Below, piece by piece: positions 13,931 through 25,577 of a stretch of 59,728 nt of DNA. The stretch's first letter is position 1. Every line of letters begins with the position of its first letter. The stretch lies in assembly GCF_001194135.2 (NCBI RefSeq), contig NC_068989.1:62528479-62588206 (forward strand), read 5' to 3'. Source of the DNA: Octopus bimaculoides. Its lineage: Eukaryota. The notes below the pieces were generated by a model that saw only the letters and a list, made by a program, of their open reading frames with translations, ran no database searches and was not told the DNA's origin. Made by a program: the position numbers and the translations under genes.

Positions 13931-14691
13931 AAGAAAATAGTAGATAGATATACGTGTATATATTCGTGTGTATGTTGGAATTTAATCAACTCTGGTATAG
14001 CAATCCCCCTCTCGATGACATCTGAAATTCTCCTTATTTTTTGTCATCAAATTAGATCATGATAATAACGTTTCTTTTTAGGAATTAATATAATATAATA
14101 TAAATATAATTTTTAAGTAAATTACATAATTACTCTACGGAAATATACTGTAGCGAATATAAATTTATGTTTTAGTGTTATGATTTTCACATTATATGTA
14201 ATTAAGAATATTCTCGAAAAATGCTAATTTGATGCAATATTATCGATTAGGTTGGAGATAAATATATTTAAACCTAACAAGGGAAATTAATTTACATAAC
14301 TGCATTAAAATTAGATTTTTCTCTGTTTATTTAGTTATTAGATTTCTTATTAACTGAAATATGCATTTTCTAAATACAACATTTTATCAGTATTTTCTTT
14401 CACATGGTGTGATGCATTGACTAAGATGTGTAACGATAGTATGTTTCTAAGTATTTAATTTTAGCGTGCCATTTGCACAGGGGTCTATGTAGCACATACG
14501 TATAAACCTACGTGATCTTTTCTCAATGCGTTAAAATCAATCAATGCTTTAAGTATAACAGAGTCATTTATGACTTTGACTGCAAGGTAACTGGTTTTGT
14601 GTTCAATGCCCCTCGATTACAGCTTGCTCTACTACAAAAGTATAAGGTGACCCAATACACTTATGCACAATCCGGTATGCGCTCCCTCCTT

Positions 14692-14890
<199 letters not shown>

Positions 14891-16315
14891 GCATATACAC
14901 GTACGTAGCTGAGCATATGTGGTACCAGTTAGAGGTCATCCAAAATGCACATTGTAATTCACTTTTGGAACGTATGTTCCTCGATTTTTGCACAAAAGGT
15001 TTTCCTGGGTGTGACATAAGACTGCTTAATAAAATATTGACCAGAAGAGTTAATCATTGACGCTCAGTATAAAATAAATGCCTGATGCTTCTCTTAAAGC
15101 TAGTTTTTCAATAGAGGACACTCTGTTTCAACCACCGTATCTCTGACAAACAATCGCAAGTGTTCCAATAGAAACTTCGTGGAATAAATGAATGTGCCAA
15201 TGGTCAATTTTATGCCCAAAAGTTGATAATGCAATATACGATAAAGACATCACAAAATGCTCAACATAAAAATGTTGATGTGTGTAAATTCTGCATGTAG
15301 CTTGGGTTCAAAATTGATTTCATTGTAATCGGTACTTGGAGATACTTCTCGTCATGCAATATGAAGAAATTAAATATTCGATGAATATCAGTGGATAAGA
15401 TTATATACGAGGCTGAAACGATTACTTGAAACGAAATTAGGAAATTTCTTCTTTCCCTGTAACTATTGCCCAAGCGCTGCCTCAGTTATTTGATTGAATC
15501 TAGTAAAAGAATAAAATAATAATATAGCTCGAACGTCTTACTCCTAGTGATAAACTTCAACAATATAATTCTGCCTTATAGTTAGATTTACCGACAGAAA
15601 GTATGTTCTTTCTCACCGTTCTCGTCATCCTGACAGAGGAACTTCAATACACTAACATATATTTAGCTTCCTCTTACATATAGGGATAATTTTCTGTCAA
15701 AAAGTAATCCCTATTTAAATATATGTTTAAGTAAGCATGAACGGGTGATTAAAGTGTGAAAATAGAAATGCACTAAGCGAAAAACTTCAGAAGGTATTCT
15801 CTCTTATGGTCATTGTTCAGAAAAAATATATCAAATAGCCTCTTACATTTGCAACCTTCTATCCTTTACTAGTAAATATACAGTAAATATGCAGTTGCTG
15901 GGAATCCTCCAAGGTCAGCAGCTGGGTATGCGTTATATCATCTATTACTAGCAGCATTACATCCTTTTCTTCGTTGTTGATGTAATCAATTCTTACTGCC
16001 ACCCATTCAACTTCTGTAAGGAATTCTACAGGTCTGTGCATATGAACTTCTGGTCTATGGTTTCTAGTATTTCAGTATATAAATGACGCAGAGATCGTAC
16101 AGACTTTGGCTTATCTAGTACGGATATACAAATATTACAAATAAATTAAATAGAATTGCGGGGAAAACTAAAAATATATGTATTATAATTTTTTTAAACT
16201 CAAGTATTACAACAAACAAAAATATAAATAGCTTTTCTTAGACGAAAATTGTGTGACATTGACATTATCAGTTCAAAGTTAATATTTATACTGCAAATTT
16301 TAGTTTGTTGATCCC

Positions 16316-17050
16316 TTGCTAAAACTTCCTTAAATACAATGTTTCGGCTTCTACTTGTAGAGGCGAAAATGAAAAGATTGTCCTTGCTACCCATTCTGGA
16401 GCACCAACATATAACTGACAGTGTGAGATACAGTCCTCCTCTAAGTACAAAGCAGTTACATTGGGGCATATTAATTGACATCGCAAAAAACGTATTGGGA
16501 ATTGAAGTAGTTTGAATTGGAAGGGCATATTGGAAGGTATTAAATGTAAGCGAGGAATATGTACATCCTCGCTTTTTTCTAGACTCTATGAGATTTCTTC
16601 TTAATTTCTTCACAACAAGTCTTGTGCCATTGCCCAATTTGATTGAGAAAAGTTCTGCAGAGGCATGCTTTGAGAGCCTATTTTCAATGGAAGGCAATGA
16701 GTTGGCGCTCCTTGTGGGTCCAGTGAGTTTAAGAATTCCTGAGTTGACAACAACAGATTTTATAGATTTGTAAGTAAGGTCATTTCCTGGTAAAACTTTC
16801 TCGAGTCTTTCATTTCAATTATTCTCAGTAATATTCTTTAGTGCTATGATTGCTCTTTCACACAGCCATTGTCAACGTCATACTATATCCGTGTAAGAAA
16901 AGCGTTGTATGTTGTTGTAATACTTAAGTTCAATAAATTATAGTACTTTTAGATATATTCCGCTCAGACTGGTCATTTATTTGGGAAGTGGTGTATATCG
17001 AACATGTTGGAAAAGGGCCCCATATCTCCCTTAGGATGGCACGTAGAGAT
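16316..17050 (-). mobile_element. Helitron RepHel helicase C-terminal remnant (stops and frameshifts)
   Basis: The minus strand gives WLCERAIIALKN...EKVLPGNDLTYKS...[22 protein letters not shown]...[19 protein letters not shown]...EDVHIPRLHLIPSNMPFQFKLLQFPIRF-FAMSIN...CSRMGSKDNLFIFA...RNIVFKEVL. These are the diagnostic Helitron/PIF1 helicase motifs in the correct order. Confidence 0.92.
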
Positions 17051-18249
17051 TCAATACCATTTCTATTCTCTTCGACGTTACATTTTACATAAGAATTAGC
17101 CTCTAGTTTTCATATAGATGCTATAGCCTTTCTTGCTATAGAGGGATACACACTCACAAACACACATACACACAAACACACACCAATGTTCATCTTTATT
17201 ATATACATTTATTATTGTTTCTCTATATATTTTGAAGTGGATCGTTTTAATAATTTTTATATTGTTTCAAAATACACCACGAAGAAATAATCCAAGAAGA
17301 AATAAATTCCTATGATCTAGTTTGTAGAAAAACTATAATAATAATTGAAACCAATACAAAATTTACAACAAAACCGTGAATTCTATTCTTCTCCTTCTCA
17401 CTAGAACGAAGCCAAAATAAAGCATATAACAAAAGAGTTACTGACGTAAGGGATACTATTTGATGACATCAGCTTGAAAAATAAAATACACAAAGAGCCG
17501 AAAGAACTCATGCAATTTTAAATGAAATTAAAACTCTCATTTGTAAAACAGAGCATATTTATATTGACACATAGAAGAGAAAAGACGAATGGGGCTATAA
17601 GGTAAGATAAGGAATTGAACTTACCGCTAATTTACCGGAAGTAAATGCTGCCAATCATGAATTCCATCGTGTGAATCACAGAATGGTAAGTATATATCTG
17701 AATATAGATGCATGAGGAAGTACCTGCCAATGATGAAGAGCAAACCAAAATCAGTAATCGCAATGCGGAAAAAGAAAAGAAAAACGCTATTTGATTGTCA
17801 CATATGTTTGCAGTTAATGTTTTATTGATCATATAAAGGAGTCTGTTGTAAAGGACTTTAGATACAAAATGAGTATTCAAAAAAATAAATATTAATAATA
17901 AAACTCATAACAATGTGTAAAATATCATCTGATATTATTATGTCTCAGAAGTAAAACCAGATGACAAAATCTTTAAAAGATATGATTTATTGAAATATTA
18001 AACTGAAATAAAGGTTATAATTTAAAGGAAAGTGAGACAGAGGGGGAGAGCGACAGAAAGAAAAGAGAGAGCGACAAAGAGAGAGGGAGAGAGATTCATG
18101 AGGAATTCTTCAGATGTTACGTTTTGGTTTGGATATCTTTGCAATGTTGTCGTTAAAATAGGCTCTATAGGAAAGCTGTTGTGAAAAAAACATACCTGAC
18201 TAATTATTCCTCAAATCTTAATTGGGCCAGTATTCAGAACTTCCGTTAT

Positions 18250-18640
18250 CTAAGTTACTAATTGACACACTCATTTTCGAAAGGTTTGAGAAATATGTTG
18301 CAATTTCTCATGGAATTGTAGTTCTAAATAACACAGCGAGTATTCATACAATATATTGCAAAAAAAATTGACCACACTACAGATGTTCTTGCTGGTCAGA
18401 CAATATTACATGGAGATGACTGCAGTTGTTAAACTTTGTGCATAAAATATATGTACGATTCTAAGAACAAATCACTGCTGACTTTCGAGTAAACGGTTGC
18501 GGTTCAGTGCAAATATCCGCAGCTGGTATCTTCAACGACAAGCATTTCATTTCATGTAGATATAGAAAACAGCAGGAACTGCAATGAAAGGGCCTCCGGT
18601 AATACGACGGAATCCTCAGTAAGTATTGTAATGTTTCCGC
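18250..18640 (-). mobile_element. Very old CR1/L2-like LINE reverse transcriptase remnant
   Basis: Minus-strand LQFLLFSIST*NEMLVVEDTSCGYLH*TATVYSKVSS resembles GPLLFLIYINDL.......LFADD..VY. A degenerate IKDLGII-like stretch follows downstream. Confidence 0.4.
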
Positions 18641-18965
18641 TCATATCATGATCACTGGAGTCTTCAACCCATTACCTGGACCAATGCTGATACAACTAAT
18701 TTGCAAGCGTAACCAATGTAAAATATCAGCCATTTTATTTAAGATCATTATTTACGTATGTATCGGTGGCAAGGCTTGTTTATATCCCAAACTTTAACAC
18801 ATTATTTCACAACTCAACGCTACATATGTTGTTCCCTTTGAACCGTGATTGTCGTTCAACCACCAACATTTCAAGGATGCCTTCCTCTATGAATGATTCG
18901 TTTTATAGGTGTTTTATATGTGCAATTGTATACATTGTCACGGCATCAAGCAATAATAATATGCA

Positions 18966-19181
18966 TATTGGCTGCTGAAAAATTCCTGACTTTGGGCAAA
19001 AAAAAATAGAGGAGCATCAGTTAATTTTGATTTTATTCAACATAACCCCTTCTCAGATTCACACACTTATTGCAACGATCTTCAGTTTTCCTTAGACCTG
19101 TGAAAGACTTCGGAAAGTAGGGGAATCAACCAGGCCTCTCGTGACACTCTTAAAGCCAAGAACGTTTCAGCACCTCCTGTA
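18966..19181. mobile_element. mariner-type MITE (~215 bp) with terminal inverted repeats
   Basis: The left end gctgctgaaaaattcctgacttt is the near reverse complement of the right end aaagccaagaacgtttcagcacc(tcctgta). The interior gaagtgtgtgaatctgagaagggg.tatgttgaataa (minus strand) resembles a mariner transposase 3' end. Confidence 0.7.
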
Positions 19182-22100
19182 TTTGAATATACTGCATGCT
19201 CAGTCTCAAGATAAAATTAAGGTGACATTGTAGTAAATTGAGACTTACAAGATTTTTAACTCACGACATGTTTACTTCACGAATCTCTGGTTTAATATAG
19301 GCATACAGAAACCAGGAGACCACAAGTGTCAGCATTTCTGAAAATACACGAATGTCCATTGTTTACACTTAAAGCAAAAGAATTGCATGATTTGTGGAAT
19401 AGGCAGCCAGCCAACCAGCCATGAAATAGGTTCATAGCAAGATATATGGTGGTATATGATGGAGAAATCGTAGTATTCATCAACTAAACTGCTTTCAGCA
19501 ATACTAAGCACTAACATACCGATATTTCTATACATCTATAGTTATACATCACCGTATGCTACCCCACTGAAGAAATATAAAGTACATTCCTTTATATAAT
19601 GGCACGTACTTTGATACAATATGTAGAATAACCGAACTTGCACTTCAAGTAATATTGTTCAGAAAACAAAAAGATATGCCGTCACAATTTGCGCTATTCA
19701 CTAAAAGTTAAAAGTAAGATGAATAAAAATGAAATTTCATATATTACAGACTAAAATAATAATAAAAGGGCAAGTAATCTCTGAGTAAACATCTAATCAT
19801 GTGGCTTTGTGTAGGGTAGAAGTGATTGCTGGAATTGAAAATTCATGTTTTCTTTCACGTATCTTGTCCAAATATATAATCTACTTTGAAGGCTTGTTCA
19901 TTTATTTGATGAAAACTTAAATTACACATTTACTTCAGAGAAAATTAGTTCAAAAGACGTAAATATTAATTAATTCTTCCCTTTTGATAGTCATAACCTC
20001 TCAATCGGATAATTAGTAGTTCATAACTTGTTAGGTTTTGTTTCTTTTCTAGTGCCATATTTATTCAATTAAATATGTCTGAATATATCGATTGTTCAAT
20101 GATCACATAATTAGCTAACTAACTTTCGCTTACAGTTCATCGCTTACAATTGCACCGTTCTTAATCAGATTCATACACAAAATTATACACATATCTCTGA
20201 TTTTATAATTAACTCTTCCTATAGTTGGGCACGATGTTGTATAAGGAAAACTTCACAAAAGATATGGAAATATGTTTATTTCTTGCCAAAAGGTATATCT
20301 TTGACAAAAATTAAAGTGTATCATCTAAGCTTAACTCTCCCATTTCTTAACACAATAAATCCATTATATTCTCAAAGAATTTCTGTGTAGAAACCGTGTC
20401 ATGCTCGCTGCAAGACTACACTCTATTTATACATGTATTTACATTTTTGAAAATGTGAATATAAAAGATCCACACAACTTTATAAAATGACATTAAGAAT
20501 TTCATAGAAATTTGTAAACATTAAACTACAATGTAGATATTATACAACATGACGTTTCATAATACAAAATTGTTCTTCTGCGTGATATCAGTTATCTTTA
20601 TTTCATCTTGAAAAGGATCACGATGCTATTCTTAAGAACATAATTTATAAAACCTCAGGAATATGTTTGAATATGCAATGTAGCTCCGTCTGAACGGTGG
20701 CCGTATTTAAAATTTGACTAAACAGTATATCACCGAAATATCAGCGTTAAGGCATTTCTGATCATCTGTATATATTTTCATGGAATTCATACAGTTGTTA
20801 AACGTATGCTGTTTTTTATTCAGATTTGTACTAAATATGCAATATGAACTTTCACTTAAGCACTTAGTACATCGTTTAATTCTAAAAATGAATAGCAATC
20901 AAATATTGAGAAAATTGATTTAATCACAGATTACTAGTTACATCGAAGATTTCTAGCTGAATTAATCTTAAGAAAATGTAAAGAATGAAACAAAGTTTAC
21001 ACTTGTTATCGCTTAGAAGAAATTTAACCCAATGAAATCTGAGAAACAATTAGTAAAGATACTACCAATTGCAAACTATTGCATGGGATACTGGATATGT
21101 TGCTGAAAAATTATTCATACATCACAAAATCCATAGTTTCTATTTACTGACTCATATTCAGAACAAAATTTGGCTAAGCTCAGTTAAACAATAACACATT
21201 CAAGGAAGGGGGAACGAAATGATATGTCGAGACGTAAAATGTCTACAAAACAGAGAACATCGTGTCATAAATTATGGATGAAAAGCGATTACAACAATAA
21301 CATTTACGTACAATTTAAGAAACGATCTTGAATTTTAATGTTATATTGTCCTTTCAGGTAGTTTATTGCGTTTTAACTAAAAGATTAGAGAAAAAATGAA
21401 CTACATCACAGAAGAAGATGTGACACAATATCCATGTTACTCTAAAATAATTTTACTGAAATGATGTGACAATTACGAGCTTTAATTTATATACGATCAT
21501 TGATTTTATTTAAAAAGGAATGACATTCATTTGTTCGTGTTGATATCAGGTAAGATTCGAATGTTAATGTCAACTACATCCTTGTTATCGCCATATAAAG
21601 CTATGTAACTATACTTATGTTGATTCTCGTAAACGCATGCATATCAAGATATTCCAGTCTACGGAAATGTAAAACACCCTAAGATTTGACGTCTGAAATA
21701 TCAGGGTTTTTTCCCAAAAATATGTTCCTACTAAAGTTATTTCCAACGGTTGATTTAAAGTGAATTACAAGAGTGAAAGTGTGACTCTTCACTCAGACAC
21801 TGTGCAACACCAAGCAAGAACTATCAATCATCATTCTTGTATTTCGTATAACAGTCAGGAATTATGATGCTTAAAAAACGGTATGTTTTAATTGCTTAAT
21901 TATTAAATTGACAGCCTAAGATACAGTCAAAAAATACTATAAGATATATAACACATTACTGTAACATATCGGCATTACAAGTGTTGTACGATTTCAAAAT
22001 ATTTCGCCCTCTAATTAAAAACACATCTAAGGTCACATTGAACTTTGCTACATAATTGGACTTTGCTATATGTAATAGTTACCATGATGAAATACATTAT

Positions 22101-22449
22101 ATGTGGAAAACGCCAAGTGATTGGCGTCGTCGATTAAGCACACATACAGATAGTAGGAAACAGTAAATCTAACCTTGTAGATAGAGGACATCATCGAAGG
22201 TTGTAGATAAATATTGTAATGCATTCATTCGTCACGATATAGATTCATTTGCTCCTTGAATATCTATTATGTTCAAACTTTCAGCAAGCACATAAACAGT
22301 GTAAGAGATATAAACTATCTATATTTGAGTGTACATGCTGCTTTACCAACAACCTTCAATGGGTATGTCATTATATTTTTGCTACTCTTCTCTAAGTAAT
22401 GCACTGCCTTACTCTTATACGCAACTACAGAATATTGTAACATTGTATA

Positions 22450-22516
<67 letters not shown>

Positions 22517-23959
22517 NNNNNNNNNNNNNNNNNNNNNNNNNNNNNNNNNNNNNNNNNNNNNNNNNNNNNNNNNNNNNNNNNNNNNNNNNNNNNNNNNNNN
22601 NNNNNNNNNNNNNNNNNNNNNNNNNNNNNNNNNNNNNNNNNNNNNNNNNNNNNNNNNNNNNNNNNNNNNNNNNNNNNNNNNNNNNNNNNNNNNNNNNNNN
22701 NNNNNNNNNNNNNNNNNNNNNNNNNNNNNNNNNNNNNNNNNNNNNNNNNNNNNNNNNNNNNNNNNNNNNNNNNNNNNNNNNNNNNNNNNNNNNNNNNNNN
22801 NNNNNNNNNNNNTATATATATACTCTGAAGTAATTTTATGGAATGTAATTAATGAAGATCGAAATTCCACTATAACAATTACCATATAACTTAAGCACTT
22901 TATCTTATTCTGAAATTGACTCTCTTGATATTGAAGTATTTATCATTAGCTAGTTAATAACAATGTTAAACCTAGACAGTGACTGATCTCTAAATTCAAT
23001 GTAAACATAATGGCGTGTCTGATATTATAAATTATTTTAGGATCCGACGCTTACAAGATCAATAGCATACTTTCTTAGAGAGGGCTCAGTAAATAATAAC
23101 GAATAACACTATATAACAAAATAATTTATTGCTTCTCTATGCGAATAATTGCGAACCTCTATTTAAAATGTTAATAGCTTTAGAGTGATATGTCCAGTTC
23201 ACATTAAATATACCTATTTATATTTATTTAGTTTTCAGTCTCAGAATTTAGGTGCGTTCTCCATAAGTGTAGTATTTACGTTGTTATATATTCACTAGCT
23301 GAATTAAAAAAAAAAAACACAAGAACAATACTAGAATATATGATATAGAAATAATTGATAATTCGTAGTCATCCAATCCTTTCATGAGGTACATTTAAAT
23401 TATTTTTGCAATGGAAGTTTTTGGACGATTTTGACTTCTAACATCCACTCTAATAGCGAAACTTCGTAATTCATACTTTCACATTACTAAATTCAAACAA
23501 CCATATCAAAATTTCCACTGGATAACATTCACAGTAAACGGCACCATAGTTTTACCGGTTTGTTACACCCATGCATTTCTGTAGTGAAAATATTTAATTG
23601 GATTAAATCCAGCGTTTTCAACATAAGAATCAGGCGAATGAGACTTCTGGTTGCTCTTTTACGTTGAATTTGTTCAGTTTCTTTCCGATATTTATGTTGT
23701 ATCTTCATATATTCATTAATCAAATCGTCAATTTTTTTTTTTTACGTTATTGTAACACCAATGTACAACATACATTGAAAAGCATCGTAAACGCACACTG
23801 GTGTTTTATGAAATAATGTATTTTAGTGGTTCTCAGTATAGAAATGGATTTGTTGAAATCTTAAACCATTTGCAGCAAGAGACGCACGCATAAGTGTGAG
23901 TGTTTCAGAATTCTAAAAATTTTAGATGAATGTTGATAAAGAGCTTCAATCAATATGTT

Positions 23960-24310
23960 CTCAAATATGGACCATTTTTCCCATACACCTGCATATTTTT
24001 TTCTGTGCCCACTGAATGACTGCGCATAGATCTGATTGAAGATTCGTTCGCTCGTATACACCTTTGATGAATTTCTGAAGCGCAGTGTCTACTGCAAAAG
24101 GGTTTTATGGTGCTATGAGTATATTAACAGAAGTGCCCCCACCATAGTAGCCTCCGTGACTCCACTGAGGACTTTTGGTAATCTTGGGCGGACTCCATCA
24201 ATCCCAACATGGTGGGTTCTCTTTTTCAGGAAAAGCTTGTTGCTTGATGTAGCAGTTTTCCACGAACTCCAGTGTTGAATAGTTTCTCCAGTAGTATATT
24301 GTGGTCGACG
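23960..24310 (-). mobile_element. CR1/L2-clade LINE reverse transcriptase remnant
   Basis: Minus strand: TVDHNILLEKLFNTGVRGKLL, then after a frameshift KKRTHHVGIDGVRPRLPKVLSGVTEATMVGALLLIY. This matches RT domains 3-4 (FD.VDH.ILL.KL...GV.G...SGVPQG.VLGPLLFLIY). Confidence 0.8.
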
Positions 24311-24524
24311 GTGCTGGAAATTAATTATGCCAATAATCTGATGAGATGAACTTACATACGTGTGTAACTGTTTCTTCAAACAGTCACCATAGTGTTTGGG
24401 TATCGAAGAAAGCAAGGGAGACGAACGAGTTCATTAGTGATAAGTCCTTAGTGATTGCACTCCAGTATGATATCTGTAAGTTCATCTCATCAGATTATTG
24501 GCATAATTAATTTTCAGCACCGTC
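24307..24524. repeat. 218-bp fold-back unit with 50-bp inverted arms (49/50 identical)
   Basis: 24307-24356 (gacggtgctggaaattaattatgccaataatctgatgagatgaacttaca) is the reverse complement of 24475-24524 apart from one base. Confidence 0.95.
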
Positions 24525-24834
24525 ATTTTACATACCTAAGAGCTTTCTCTGTTAGTGACAAGAAAGAATCTAGTTCCCTTGACACCCATTTAACCCAACA
24601 AATGTTGATATCATATCTATAGCATGTCAGAGTTCACAGTTTGTGGTGGACCTCCATATATGAGAAATAGACGATCTTAAATTTTGTTGCAGCAAATCAC
24701 TCAGTACATTATACCACAATGCAGTATTCATACTAGATCGTTCCATTGTTGTAATTTACATGTTGAAACATAAGATCCATAAACGGTTCTCTCATTACAT
24801 TAAATCCCTATAAATCCATCCTCTTTATTTTTGA

Positions 24835-24900
24835 CATCTGTAGTACAGTATCGTAACATCTGTACTACGGTATCTCAACATCTGTACTATAGTATCGTAA
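24835..24900. repeat. 22-bp minisatellite x3
   Basis: catctgtagtacagtatcgtaa / catctgtactacggtatctcaa / catctgtactatagtatcgtaa. Confidence 0.95.
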
Positions 24901-25539
24901 GTTCCTCACTATTCTGCTTCTACTCCCTCTCTTACTAGTGTGGCGTATATATTCTTTCCCCTCTACAAAGCGGTATCCATATGCGATCTCCCACGTGCTC
25001 GCGTCAACTTAATATTTTTTTCCTTAACCTCTATCTATGCTACCGACGTTTATTTGCTATCTGCATCGACACATTCCCTAATACTGTCTACACTGTGACA
25101 GGCCTCCATCTTTTCTTTGTGAATATAATTTATTTCATTTTCTCTTTCTACCGTTATCTTATGTGTGTATAGCACTAATTCCACTTGTGTTTTCTCATCC
25201 ATATACACCGTCCCATCTCAATTGTAAGCTATTTTTTTACCCATCATTGTATCCCATCATCATGTTTTCCTTCGAAAATATATGTTTGTAAACACTGCTA
25301 TGAAATATATTTTTAGCCAGAATAATCTGTTGAAGGTAATATGGCTTCGCCAGACGGTTCTGTAAGAAATCCGACCCACCTACGACAACATAGGTCTTTC
25401 TTTTCTGATAGAAGCAGTAACGGTATAACCCATGATTCACTCGAAACATGTTAAAAGAAAGCTATCATATAACTGTATTTGTTTATTTCTATTCAACATA
25501 AATTTAGTTGTCAGGCCTGTTTGTATTTATCTACACTTT

Positions 25540-25577
<38 letters not shown>

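Noticed and set aside
15859-16041. 60-aa protein-like ORF (MHRPVEFLTEVEW...)
   Set aside because: No recognisable domain and no convincing splice sites. It lies in the putative Helitron 3' region.
17621-17700. Opposing consensus donors (gtaagt on both strands) suggesting an exon
   Set aside because: The minus-strand candidate has stops in all frames, and the plus-strand candidate has no acceptor.
22110-22127. Perfect hairpin ACGCCAA-GTGA-TTGGCGT with a GNRA loop
   Set aside because: A single 7-bp stem is expected by chance in 60 kb. There is no CTAG end or U-tract context.
24338-24412. CTGATGA in the fold-back arm as another hammerhead
   Set aside because: No adequate helix II followed by GAAA and no helix I partner. 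Other CTGATGA hits (10915, 11993, 49246, 56834) fail the same way.
24835-24900. CRISPR-like array
   Set aside because: The repeats are adjacent without unique spacers, and the context is eukaryotic.
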